Source of the DNA: Octopus sinensis | Lineage: Eukaryota | NCBI RefSeq assembly: GCF_006345805.1 | Contig: NC_043012.1 | Location: 42,718,001 to 42,782,000, forward strand | Direction of reading: 5' to 3' | DNA length: 64,000 nt | Shown: in pieces, positions 45,385 through 56,659 of the stretch | Layout of the letters: each line of letters opens with the position of its first letter | How positions within the stretch are numbered: the first letter of the stretch is position 1 | Program-made: the position numbers and the translations under genes | The notes under the pieces: generated by a model | What the model saw: only the letters and a program-made list of their open reading frames with translations | Databases searched by the model: none | What the model was told of the DNA's origin: nothing

Positions 45385-48312
45385 TGTGGTGGAAGGGTAA
45401 TTGACCAGGCACAGGAAGACCAGATGGGACAGCACGTCAGGAAGCAACTGGGTAAGTCTGACTCTAATTTTATGCCGTCTGAGAATGAGGCAAGTTGTGC
45501 TGCAAGAAGTAGTGTGAGGGGATCTGAGCTGAAGAGATTGGTTGAGTCAACACATAACAACTGAATGATCTGGCCACAGTACCCGATTGCACTTCGGTAT
45601 AAGAGCGACTCTATTTCCATGCCTTCAAACTACAAGCTATTTCGGCATGTTGTTACCGGCTGTGATGATATGTCTAAGAAGTATATAGAAAGATTTTTTT
45701 TAAATTTTTGTTGCTCTTGTTTTCCCTTTGTTTTTTTTTTTTTGTGATGGCCACAAAAATCAAAATCAGTAGTGATGTGTTGAAACCATTCACTGGGGAA
45801 GGCAATGTGATGTCCTAAATAAAGAAGGTAAGACTTGTGGCAAGGCTGCAGGAAATAGATGTGGCTAGCCTAATGCTGTTGTACTTAGAAGGCAGTGTTC
45901 TGAATCTGTACTTGGAGATGGATGAAGCAAACCAGGAGAAAGCAGGAAAAATTGAAGAGTGGCTGAAGGACATGTACATGGTTTTAAAGCCTACAGCAAG
46001 CTCAGTAGAGTAAGATGGACCGGCAAGCAGATAGACAACTACATGAGTGAGATTAGGAGGTTGGTGGGCCTAGCAGTGTTTACTGGAGCAGTGATGAAGC
46101 TGACTTTTGTGACCGGCTTCCTCAACCATATCTCTCTACATCTGCAGGAGATGCCGGACATTGAAACGATGTCGGTAGGAGAGATGTAGTGACAACAGTG
46201 ACTGCATATACAAACAGGACAAAGAGGTAGACTTGCTTGCTGATGTGACATCATCTAGTCCCTTCTGATCCTCCTGTGCTGTCTCTCCTTCTCCCTTCTG
46301 GTCAATTACTCTGAAGGAGGTACAGTACTGGGGCTCAGGCTCAAAAGAGATAAAGCTCATAGGCTTGTGTTTCACAGGAGAAACAAGATCCTGGACCTAA
46401 ATCAGGATATGAATAGGTGAGGGCTATTCTCAATGTGTAGGAAGCTACTTGGTCACGACCCTGTCACAGGATGGCTCCAAAAATGTAGCTATTTCAAAAG
46501 TGAGCAGAAGGAGTGAACTGGGGTGATAAAGTGGGAGAGAAGACAATGATGATGATGCAAGAGGTCTTGGAGAGAGTGTGAGTGGAAGATCCAGTGAAGG
46601 GCAGCTGGTACATGCCTGATACAAAGAAAGTGACTATGTGGTGCATAGCATTGGGAGTCATGCTGGAAATAGGAGGTGTCAAGATGGAAGACGTGGTGAG
46701 GTTTAGGAAGAAGGGTGACTACAACTACATCAATGTAACTGAACTGGATGCTTTGTTAAAGAGTGTAAACCTAGCCCTGAGATGGGAATTATGAACTGTT
46801 GAGGTCCAGACTGATTCTGCCATAGAATGAGGGTGGGTGGAATCAGCAATCACCAACTGGAATTGGATTCGTACAAAAGGGGCAATGGAAATGATGATTA
46901 AGCATTGCCTGGGAATCCTGAGGGAGCTAACTGCCAAGTTCAACCTGGATTTGCATGTGGTTTCATGCCCTTGGAAAAGAATAAGGCAGACATTCTAACC
47001 AGAGTAAAAAAGCATTGGTTGGAAACAGCAGAGGATGTTCCAAGTGGGGTAGCTGTGGTTTGTCAGCTACAGGGCACAGAACTGAGGAGGATACACAAAA
47101 TGCACTACATGGGGGTCAACAGGAGGTTGTTTTTTGGCTAGGATGGTTGACCCCCAATGTCACCAGGGAGAGTGTTCAGAAGATAGTGGGGAACTGCAAC
47201 AGGTGCCAGTCGATTGATCCAGCCCCAAGTGCACACGAACCAGGAAAGAATCAGATAGAGGAAGACTGGAAGAAGCTAGCCATTGATGTGACACATTATC
47301 AAGGAAAGGTATACCTACCTTTCAAAGGTCAACTGTAGGCCAGGGCACATGGCTATATGGAGAGAAATCATGGTAGAGACTGCTGCCAAAGTTGCAAAAG
47401 TGCTGAAGGCAGCGTTCTTGGAAAGGGGGCTTGTAGTCAACCTATTGATGGACAACAGCACAGTTTTTCATTCAGAGCAGCTGAGAGAGATGCTCAAAAG
47501 GTGGAGCACAAGACACTTCTTCAGAGCTGCACACAGACCAGATGGAAATGGGATAGTGGAATGGCACCATCATATGATTAAAGCCATGACTGAGAAAGAA
47601 CGAATCTCCCCTATGGAGGCAGTCTTCTGGTACAACATGTCACTCAGAGTGGGGCAAGCTGAAGAGTTGTTCTTGCAAAGGGCCATATTCCAGTACAAAT
47701 GGAGACACCCGAGCATAGTGCCACAGCAGCTAAAGGTAGAAGGGGTTACATCTATGCAGGTTGGAGGTGAAGTGTGGGTGAAGCCCCCAAACACTTGGTG
47801 CACAAAGCAATGGGAAAAAGGAAAGGTAATCGTGATCAATACATTGAATAATGTATCAATGGATGGAATGCCGCATCACATCCTGGATATTTGAAGGGTG
47901 ACGAAGGGGAGGGAGAAGCCACCCCCATAACCCTACAGACATCTCAAAGGGAATGTTATACCTCCCACCCACCGAGTGGATGGACAATTATGAAACAAAA
48001 CAAGGGAGCAGTGATCTTTAGATCAGTGGGGCATGTGGTGGAAAGGTAACTGACCAGAAGGGAGAAGGAGACACAACACAGGAAGACTGGAAGGGACCAG
48101 ATGACATCACATCGGTGAGTGACAGGGCAAGTTTGCCTCTTCTTCTATGCTGTCTGCAGACAAGACAAGTTGTGCTGCAAAAAGTAGTGTGAAAGGATCC
48201 AAGCTGAAGAGATCAGTCGAGTCAACACATTATAACAGGTGAATGATCTGGCCACAGTACCTGATCACAACTTGAGGTAAGAGCGGCTCTATTTCCATGC
48301 CTTTAAACTACA
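45385..48312 (+). mobile_element. Older, internally deleted LTR retrotransposon of the same lineage as 27767-31991 (PR-RT missing)
   Basis: LTRs 45385-45634 and 48034-48312 (TGTGGTGG...CTACA); 5-bp TSD TTATT; gag remnant about 45780-46200; RH NVTELDALLK; IN ORF 47349-47894; PBS-position 12-mer 45635-45646. Confidence 0.92.
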
Positions 48313-48529
48313 TTATTATTGTTATGAGTTTTTCTTCTTTCAATTTTGTTTTCATTTCTTGCTAAGTATCTTCCTGACTCCTAAAGCAAAGAAACTCACC
48401 ATATGCCTTGACAGGCCTTTAAAAACCAAACATACTAGATTGTTCATTTTCAAAATGAAATAAAGTCATGTGAAGAAAAAAATTTAAAACACATAGGTGG
48501 TAATTGTTCTCTCATCAACAATGTTCTTT

Positions 48530-49340
48530 TCAATATTCGCATGTTGAGAAGTGCATTGTCGATGTGAGAACAAACCAGCTAAAACAATCTTTTGCACTTC
48601 ATGCAGGGATGATAAGCAAGGGATGATACTGAAATTATTTTCAGTTCCTTTTTTGATCATTCCAAGTGCTCCTATAATCGCTGGTATTGTAACCGCCTTG
48701 AGATGTCACATTTTTGTCAATTTCTTTTGCTAAGACATTCTGATCACAAGGTATACTCATGTCAATCAATAAACAAACTTTATTGTTTTAGATTTTCACA
48801 ACAATATTTGGCTTATTAGCTGTGATGATTCAGTCTGTAGGTACTGGAAAGTCCTAAAGAATAGTTATATTTTCTCCCTCAGTTACAGCGTCAGGATGAT
48901 GATTATACCATTTGTTGGCAGTTTTGATTTTATAATCTCAACATATTAATCAGTGTAGATATTGGCCAACTCTGTCATTTATACTCCACTGATACTCAAA
49001 CTTTACATCCAGAGATTAAGTGGTCTGCTATTTCAATTACATAATTGCAGAATTGGCATTTTGGACGTGGTCCATTTTTCATTATATTGGCTTGGTAGTT
49101 ATAGGTCAATAAGCTTTGATCTTAAGCAGCTAAGATAAAGCCTTCACTCTCTGCCTTTAGTCCTGAGCTCCATAGATGGGTGTGCTTCTGGTCTACATCA
49201 GCCTGTTTGCTATAGACCAAATATTTGCCACTTCTCAGCCAATTGCTCATATGTTTTTTCTTTGCAACATTTGCCACACTTTTATTCAACCTGAGTATCA
49301 TGCATGAGACCAGTAGTCATTTTTTGCTCTTATTTATGAC
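48530..49340 (-). pseudogene. R4/Dong-type non-LTR retrotransposon C-terminal remnant
   Basis: Minus strand GLKAESEGFILAA*DQSL, ANKPNIVVK...CLLIDMSIP, IIGALGMIKK; collinear with 56790-57603. Confidence 0.7.
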
Positions 49341-49344
49341 AGAA

Positions 49345-51420
49345 TGAAGCTTCTCTCCCTTCACATCGACTCACAAGCATATACATGGGCATTCACCATT
49401 GCTGATGTCCATCAGCCTGTTATCAGAGCCTACTGTTATCTTCAAACATACTCACTGCTGGTCAATCTTCAGGGAAAGCGACATATCAACAGCAATATTT
49501 ATGCCCCCATTTCTCTGGCAACATCTACACATGCTGACCCATGCATAGCAGCCAACTCTCAGACCGAAAACGAGTTCTCAGACCTGCTTGTGAACTGCCC
49601 AGATCTCACTAGCCTGACATTCTCCAAACCCACAACCCACCATGGAGTGAAACACCACATCCCCACTACCAGCCCTCCAGTACACAGCTGCATGCACCAT
49701 CTACCATTAGAAAAACTTGCTATTGTGAAGTTCAACAATATGGAAGCTTTGGGTATCATTTGTTGATCAAGAAGTCCCTAGTCATTACCTCTACAAATGG
49801 CACTAAAATTAAACAGGAGTCGGTGATCTTGTGGAGATTATCACCATCTCAACACAAACGCAACACTCACCCACTGTCCCATTCCACATATACAGTGCTT
49901 CTCAGCCCAGATAGCCAGGTGCTCAATTTTCTCAAAGGTCGACCTCATCCCAAATTACCACCAAATACCGGTATGAGATGATGATTTTCTCAGAACTGTT
50001 GTGATCATTACTTTTGGGCTGTACAAATTTCTACATACACCCTTCAACCTGAAAAATGCAGTACAATCCTTCCAATGTGCATGAGTTTAGATGTTGTCTT
50101 TATGCACCTAGATGACATCTTTAACTCAAGCCAAAATGTAGAACAATGCAAGAAGAACCTATTAACCCTTTTTGATAGACTGGAATAATATGGTTCGGTA
50201 GTCAACCTCATCAAGCATGTCTTTGGTGTTAAGAAAATCAACTTCCTGGGACATTGAATCACACCTACCAGAAAAAGTGAAAGCTATTCTATCCTTTCAC
50301 ACCCCACCATGAGAGAGGCTCTGCACCAATTTGTGGGTAAGGTAAACTTTTATCATTTCATCCCTCTTGCAGCAAGTTTGATAAGACTCTTGTATAAAGT
50401 GCTATCAGGAGAAGATTGAAAACAACAGGAGTAGGACAGTGAAATGACTTCAGCCTTCAAATCCACAAAAGAAACTCTTACTAAAGCAATCAATGCTTTC
50501 CCATCATTCATATGTCAGCATTGGCCACACTCACAGTCAATGCCTCTGACACAGCTGTTGGAGGCATTTTGGAACTATACATCAATGATCAGCAGTGACT
50601 TCTAACCTTCTTCAGATGACAACTACGACCACCTGAAGATAAATCTAACACTTTTGACAGGGAACTACTAGCTACCCATCTAGGTATCCACCACTTTCGC
50701 TATTTTTTGGAAAGTTGCACTTTCATGGAGTTCACAGACCACAAACCACTCACTTTCACTGAGTAAACTGTCAGAGCCATGGTTTGCACGTCAGCAGTGA
50801 CAGTTATCAACTATTTATGGGTACACTACAGACATCCAGCATACATCTGGAAAAAGCAACCCGGTTGCTGATGCACTTTCTAGAGCCCCTACCTACTCTG
50901 ACACCAACATAGTCTCAATAACAGGTCTTGATTACAAGGCTATAGCCATGGCTCAACAAACAGATAATGGGATTAGGCCTACTGCACCACCATCATTTCC
51001 CTTTCCTTGCAATATGTGCACTTTGGCTTCAACAGAACAACCATACTTTGCAACATATCCACCAGGAGGTCATGACTCATCATCCCATTAGCCTGATGCC
51101 GAAAATATTTTGATGTCATTCGCAGGCTTTCCCACCCAGGTACCAGAGCCACATGGTACCTGATGTCATGCAAATTCGTCTGGTCAAGCAAATTGGGGAG
51201 TGGACCAAAACCTATATCCCCTGCCAACAAGCCAAAATCCATCAGCATACCAAAGCAACTCTTGGCAGCTATGAAACCTCATAGGCCCATTTCGGCCACA
51301 TCAACATTGACCCACCTTGAAGCTGTGGAATGGCGTGTAAATTTTTTGACATCAAAATGAAGCACACAACAGCCAACCAACAGCTTGGTGGGGAGATTTC
51401 ACCATTGCTGGAAGGAACCC
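49345..51420 (+). pseudogene. Degenerate Ty3/Gypsy pol remnant (RT-RH-IN)
   Basis: HHGVKHHIPTT.PPV, GDYHHLN, FSKVDL, FGLY.F...F.LKNA.QSFQ, NASDTAVGG, ELLA....IHHFRYFLE....FTDHKPL. Confidence 0.75.
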
Positions 51421-51449
51421 CTCACAGCCATCCATTCCTGTGTTACTAG

Positions 51450-52180
51450 AGCCATGCGTGATAGTGCAGAGTCTTACTGAAATATATATGGCCTTCTATT
51501 GCATACACTGTCTATCCAGGGCTTAACAATTATTTCAAAGACCACAATGTAGGTGGCTGAGCTAACTCTAGGGCCTTGTTGAAAGAAGTAAGGAGGCATC
51601 ACATGTTCTTCATTGCTGAGAACCCCTTAAACCATGACACTTGCAGGAAATTTTATATGCATAACACTTCAATTTCAGAAGGGTCTGCACATAACAATCT
51701 GTCATTTCTGTTAACTTTTTGATCTTGGTTGAAGTTTTTCTTGTTTGAGAAAAACCAAATCAAATCAAATCTTCTGCTGGATTTTTCAGTTTGTTTAAGA
51801 GCCTTTTAGATCTGATGTAGTGATTTTCTTTTGCTTTATCGGATAAATTGACCTTTCCTCGCCATATAAAGACTTACATCTGATGTCTTCATGGACAACA
51901 TTTCTGACTGTTCCTTCTGACACATGGAGGTCTTTTGCAATTAACCTCATGGACTTTCTAGGATTGTAATCAATTGTCTGTTGAACTTGCTGGATCTGTG
52001 TTCTGATGGTTTCAGAGCATTTAGAATGCTTTTTATGCTTTGATACTGGTGATACGTTTCCATCTTCAGTCTCTAGCTCCTTACAAACTTTGTGCATGAT
52101 AAATGTTGCAACTTTTAAAACTCAAGATATTTCTAAATCGCTATGCTCAGCCTTTATAACCATAATAATAGTATGTCTCT
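51450..52180 (-). pseudogene. Tc1/mariner (maT/DD37D-like) transposase remnant
   Basis: NPRKSMRLIAKDLHVSEGTVRNVVHEDI (ORF 51795-52097) and degenerate FQ*DSA...TQEW near 51450-51490. Confidence 0.5.
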
Positions 52181-52949
52181 TCATTTCCTGAGTAATATGC
52201 AGGTCTGCCATTGTTATTTTCTGAAACAAAGATTATACAGAGTTAGCAAAAAATGTAGCAATGACCCAAAAATGGTATGTCTTCAAATACCTTACGCACC
52301 CTGAAATTTGTGAAAAAATTTATCTGCCTTTTTTCATTATTATTATTATTATCATTGAGTGAGAGAGTAGCGTATGCCATCAAAGTGACACTGGGGTAAA
52401 ATATACGAAGCCCAATATACCCATCATGACAACCTGTTTGTGATGCAGGTGCACACCAGGCACATGCCTCACAACGATATATGTGCAACATGGTGATCTC
52501 ATATCAAGATAAACAGTGCATGACCTTGCAGTGGAGCCCTGTTAGAATTTTCTTCAGATCGAGTAGTACATCCAGCTCAAATGGTTCTTGAATAAGGGGT
52601 GTTTAAGGATGTTGAATGAAATATCCATGTTTCCAGAGGTGAATTATTCAAACCCCAAAGAGTTCATCTCAACACATGGCTATGATGCTCCCATACTACT
52701 TCTGCTCATGATCAGAGATGCACATATTGTCAGCCACAAAGGGACATTATCAAATGGTTATGGTCAAACAACTGACAAGCAAATCTGTGGTATTGAGCAG
52801 AATATTTGCTATAACCCATTTTTTATACCAAGACAAAACAATGTACATGATAATGCTTCCAATCAGTTAAGATTAGAAGCCATGAGAACCAGTGCCTGGC
52901 ACTGCATCAGGGCATTTATTATCTTATTATTATTTTTGTTTTTATTCAA

Positions 52950-53200
52950 GTTCAATGTTATTCCTGATAAGATTTATGTGGGTAGCAAGTTACTACCTGT
53001 AACCTTAGGTATCCACAAGTTTACAGTAGTCTTTCAAGTGCTTGGAACCCTCCTGATAATCCTTGCTGTCCCGAAGAGACAAACTTACTGCAGGAGCTCT
53101 ATAGGGCATTCTACTCCAAATTCCTTCAACCATTTATCTATACCTTTCCTTACCAATTATTATTATAGGCATGACCATTACAGTTTTCATACTCCAAATT
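52950..53200 (-). pseudogene. R4/Dong-type extreme C-terminal fragment
   Basis: Minus strand LKEFGVECPIELLQ*VCLFGTARIIRRV resembles IQKIALLGTAHIV at 56790. Confidence 0.5.
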
Positions 53201-53265
53201 CTTCCTATTTCAAATTTTAAGGGATTATGTCTTTTACAGTTCTATATTTCAGAAATGAGGAATTA

Positions 53266-54533
53266 TGAGGGGCGTTCAATAAGTAATGCCCCTAACCCAC
53301 TTCCCATAGCAGTAGAGCAACGACACTTGGCACAGTTATTAGTCTTTTCCTACATAGGAACTACCCAGAGTTATGCATTTCTCCCATCGTTTGATACAGC
53401 TCTGGAGACCGTTTTTGTAGAAGAACCCAGCTTGGTCCTCCAACCACGACGTGACTTCAGAAATCAAGGCTGCATCATCTGGGAAACACTTTCCTTTCAA
53501 AATCAACTTCATGGCTGGGAAGAGGTGAAAATCAGAGGGTGCAAGGGGAGGAGTTCATAGCTGCACGCCTGTGCTTCTGATCTGGCGACACGCGAGTTGT
53601 GGACCAGAGCGTTGTCCTGCAGGAGGAGGATGCCTTTGCTGATCTTGCCCCGCCTCTTGATTTTGATAGCTTCTCTTAATTTCCTCAAAAGTGAAGCATA
53701 ATAGGCTCCTGTAATTGTGGTACCCTTTGCCAGGAAATCTGTCATCACTACTCCGTCCTGGTCCCAGAAGACTGTGAGCATAACCTTGTCAGCGGAGGGC
53801 TGCACCCTTGCCTTCTTTGGAGGAGGTGAGTCACGGTGCTTTCACTGCATTGACTGGGCTTTGGTCTATGGATCATAGTGATGGACCCAGGTTTTATCCT
53901 GTGTGATCAGTCTTTTGAAAAATTTTGACTCATCTTCTTGGCACATCTCCAAATTCATCCTCGAGCACTCAACACGTTCTTGCTTCTGGAAAGGTGTGAG
54001 CAACCTGGAAATCCATCTGGCAGACACCTTTTGCATATGCAAATGGTCATGAATGATAGTTTCCACAGACCTGGTACTAATCTTGACCTTATGGGCTATT
54101 TGGCAAATAGTTATGCGTTGACCTTCCAAAATGGCAGCCTCAACTTGACGGACAGACGTCTCATCAACGGCAGAAGGGGGCGACCAGATCTGGGAGCTGT
54201 TTCCACAGAGTTCCGACTATGTTTGAATTCACAATGCCAGCGTTTTACAAGGTCATATGATGGGGCATCATCACCATAAGTTACTTTCACTTCATCAAGT
54301 CTCCCGTGGTGTGCGTCCTTTCAAATACAAAAACCAGATCACTGCTCAATGCTCAACAGGCTCCATTTCACACTTGACTCAGTTCAAACACCTGTAAATC
54401 AGAAACCACAATTAGTTCAGAGCTGTAATCCGCCACTTAATCTATAGAGGTATAAATAAGTGCACATGCAAAATTTCAGCTAGATCAAACAACTGCAAGT
54501 GGGTCAGGGGCATTATTTATTGAACGCCCCTCG
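53266..54533 (-). mobile_element. Mariner element, full length (1268 bp), transposase disrupted
   Basis: TA-flanked TIRs (T/C)GAGGGGCGTTCAATAA..AATGCCCCT; WISRLL, ITQDKTWVHHYDP, KVMLTVFWD, LLQDNA motifs; the YSPDL region is deleted near 53509. Confidence 0.92.
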
Positions 54534-54540
54534 TATGTAC

Positions 54541-54650
54541 ATTATTTACATTTGATGGATATTTGTCCTCATCTTGTTTCAGCAGATATACCGTCCAGCC
54601 TTTATCAGGTGTTTTGGGGAAATTTCAAACCTGAGTTCTCATTCCTAAGG
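54541..54650 (-). repeat. Degenerate inverted copy of the hammerhead-bearing repeat at 56360-56490
   Basis: Reverse complement reads GGAATGAGAACTCAGG...AAAACACCTGATAAAGGCTGGACGGTATATCTGCTGAAACAAGATGAGGAC; core CTGATAA, stem III/I deleted. Confidence 0.75.
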
Positions 54651-54679
54651 TATTTTTCGATGTTATTGTTATTATTATT

Positions 54680-56273
54680 AGGAGACCTCCAGGCAATATC
54701 TTCAAGAAAGGATGCCACTGGGAGTTCCTCTATGCTGACAACCTTGCTCTAATTGCTGAGTCAGTATCACAACTAGAGGAGAAGTTTCAAGTGTGGAAAC
54801 TAGGATTAGAATCAACCTAGCAAAAACCAAAGTCCTAATAAGTAGAAAGGCAGGCAAACCACAAATCCCTTCAGGTAGATGGCCCTGCTCGATCTGTAGA
54901 AAAGGCATAGGTAGAAACTCTATAAGATGTATCCAGTGTAAGCTATGGACACACAAGAGGTGCAGTAATATCAAGGGAAGGCTAACTGGGAAGAAAGTTT
55001 TTCTATGTGGCAGATGAACAGGAGCGATAAACACTGAAAATGCACAGAGACCAACTTCCGCCACATTCCAGGGAGAAAAACTAGAAGTAGTTGATAGCTT
55101 CCATTACCTAGGTGACCAAGTCAGTAGCAGAGGAGGGTGTGCTGAAAATGTAGCTGCTAAAATAAGAATAGCTTGAGCAAAGTTCAGAGAGCTCTTACCC
55201 CTGTTGGTGACAAAGGGCCTCCCGCTCAGAGTAAAAGGTAGACTGTATGATGCATGTGTATGAACAGCCATGCTACACGGCAGTGAAACATGGGCCGTGA
55301 CTGCTGAGGACATGCGTAAGCTCGCAAGGAATGAAACCAGTATGCTCCAATGGATGTGTAATGTCTGTGTGCATACTCGACAGAGTGTAAGTACCTTGAG
55401 AGAAAAGTTGGACCTAAGAAGCATTAGATGTGGTGTGCAAGAGAGACGACTGCGCTGGTATGGTCATGTGGCGAAAATGAATGAGGATAGCTGTGTGAAA
55501 AAGTGCCACACCCTAGCTGTGATGAGGTGGTGAAGCACAACCTTCGAACATTAGGCCTCACCAAGGAAATGACTAGCAACCGAGAGTTTTGGAAATATGC
55601 TGTGCATGAGAAGACCTGGCAAGCCAAATGAGGCCATAACCTGTGACCTATGCCAAGAGCATAACCAGCCCGCTTATGCCTACCTTTTTCTTCTTTGGTC
55701 ACTAAACTCTGCTTGCGAAGACTAGTTGAGGCAAGTGAAATCAAAATCAATTTGATGACTGGCATCCGTGCTAGCAGGGTGCAAAGAGCACCATACAAGT
55801 GTGATCGTTGACAGAGCAGCTAACCGGCTTCCATGCCAGTGGCACATAAAAGGACACCATTCGAGTATGATCATTACCAGCGTCACCTTACTGGCACTTG
55901 TGCCTGTGCCAGTAGGGTGCCAAGAGCACCATCCGAGCGTGATCGTTGCCAGAGCAGCCAACTGGCTTCTGTACCTGTGGCACGTAAAAGGGCACCACTC
56001 GAGCATGATCGTTACCAACGTTGCTTCACTGTGCCGGTGGCATGTGTAAAAAGATTCGAGCGAGGTCATTGCCAGTACCGCCTGACTGGCTCCCGTGCCA
56101 GTGGTACATAAAAAAGCACCCATTACACTCTCAGAGTGGTTGGCGTTAGGAAGGGCATCCAGCTGTAGAAACTCTGCCAGATCAAGGTTGGAGCCTGGTT
56201 CGCCAGACCTCAGTCAAAATCGTCCAACCCATGCTAGCATGGAAAGCGGACGTTAAACGATGATGATGATGAT
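54680..56273 (+). mobile_element. RTE-clade LINE 3' half, degenerate
   Basis: WPCSICRKG..RNSIRC..CKLWTHKRC finger, LHGSETW, QERRLRWYGHV; UTR modules; core 56130-56170; GAT tail. Confidence 0.9.
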
Positions 56274-56286
56274 TATTATTATTCAA

Positions 56287-56353
56287 GTCACTGCCTGGAA
56301 TCGAACTCGGAATCTTGGGGTTAGTAGCTTATGCTCTTAACCACTATGCCATA
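56287..56353 (-). mobile_element. tRNA-derived SINE head
   Basis: Minus strand TATGGCATAGTGGTTAAG (A box)...GAGTTCGATTCC (B box); no complete cloverleaf. Confidence 0.6.
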
Positions 56354-56393
56354 TGCCTGCGGGAATGAGAACCCAGGTTCAAAATTTCCCCAA

Positions 56394-56439
56394 GACACCT
56401 GATGAAGGCTGGAGGGTATATCAGCTGAAACGTTGTGTT
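56394..56439 (+). ncRNA. Minimal type I hammerhead ribozyme motif (Penelope type)
   Basis: GACAC-CTGATGA-A-GGCTG(gagggtatat)CAGCT-GAAA-C-GTT^-GTGTT; stem I GACAC/GTGTT; loopless stem III AACGTT. Confidence 0.7.
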
Positions 56440-56659
56440 AACAATAACAAACAAGATGAGGACAAATATCTATCAAATGTAAATAATGATTATGTTTTTT
56501 GTTTTGCATCCTCTTTCTTTTCAATCCTGGAATCAAAAAGGTATGAGGGGTTGATTAGTAAGCGACTTCACTTTTCCTTATCTATAATTGTTATGTCCGG
56601 TCTATTGTTTTGTAACTACTTGTCCGTTTAAATAGGAAAGGCCCACAAAATCTTACAAT

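Noticed and set aside
52588-53220. 210-aa plus-strand ORF
   Set aside because: Spans a SINE-like repeat and the antisense of an R4/Dong fragment; no recognisable domain.
56287-56353. tRNA gene
   Set aside because: Has A and B boxes but no complete acceptor stem or cloverleaf; treated as a SINE head.
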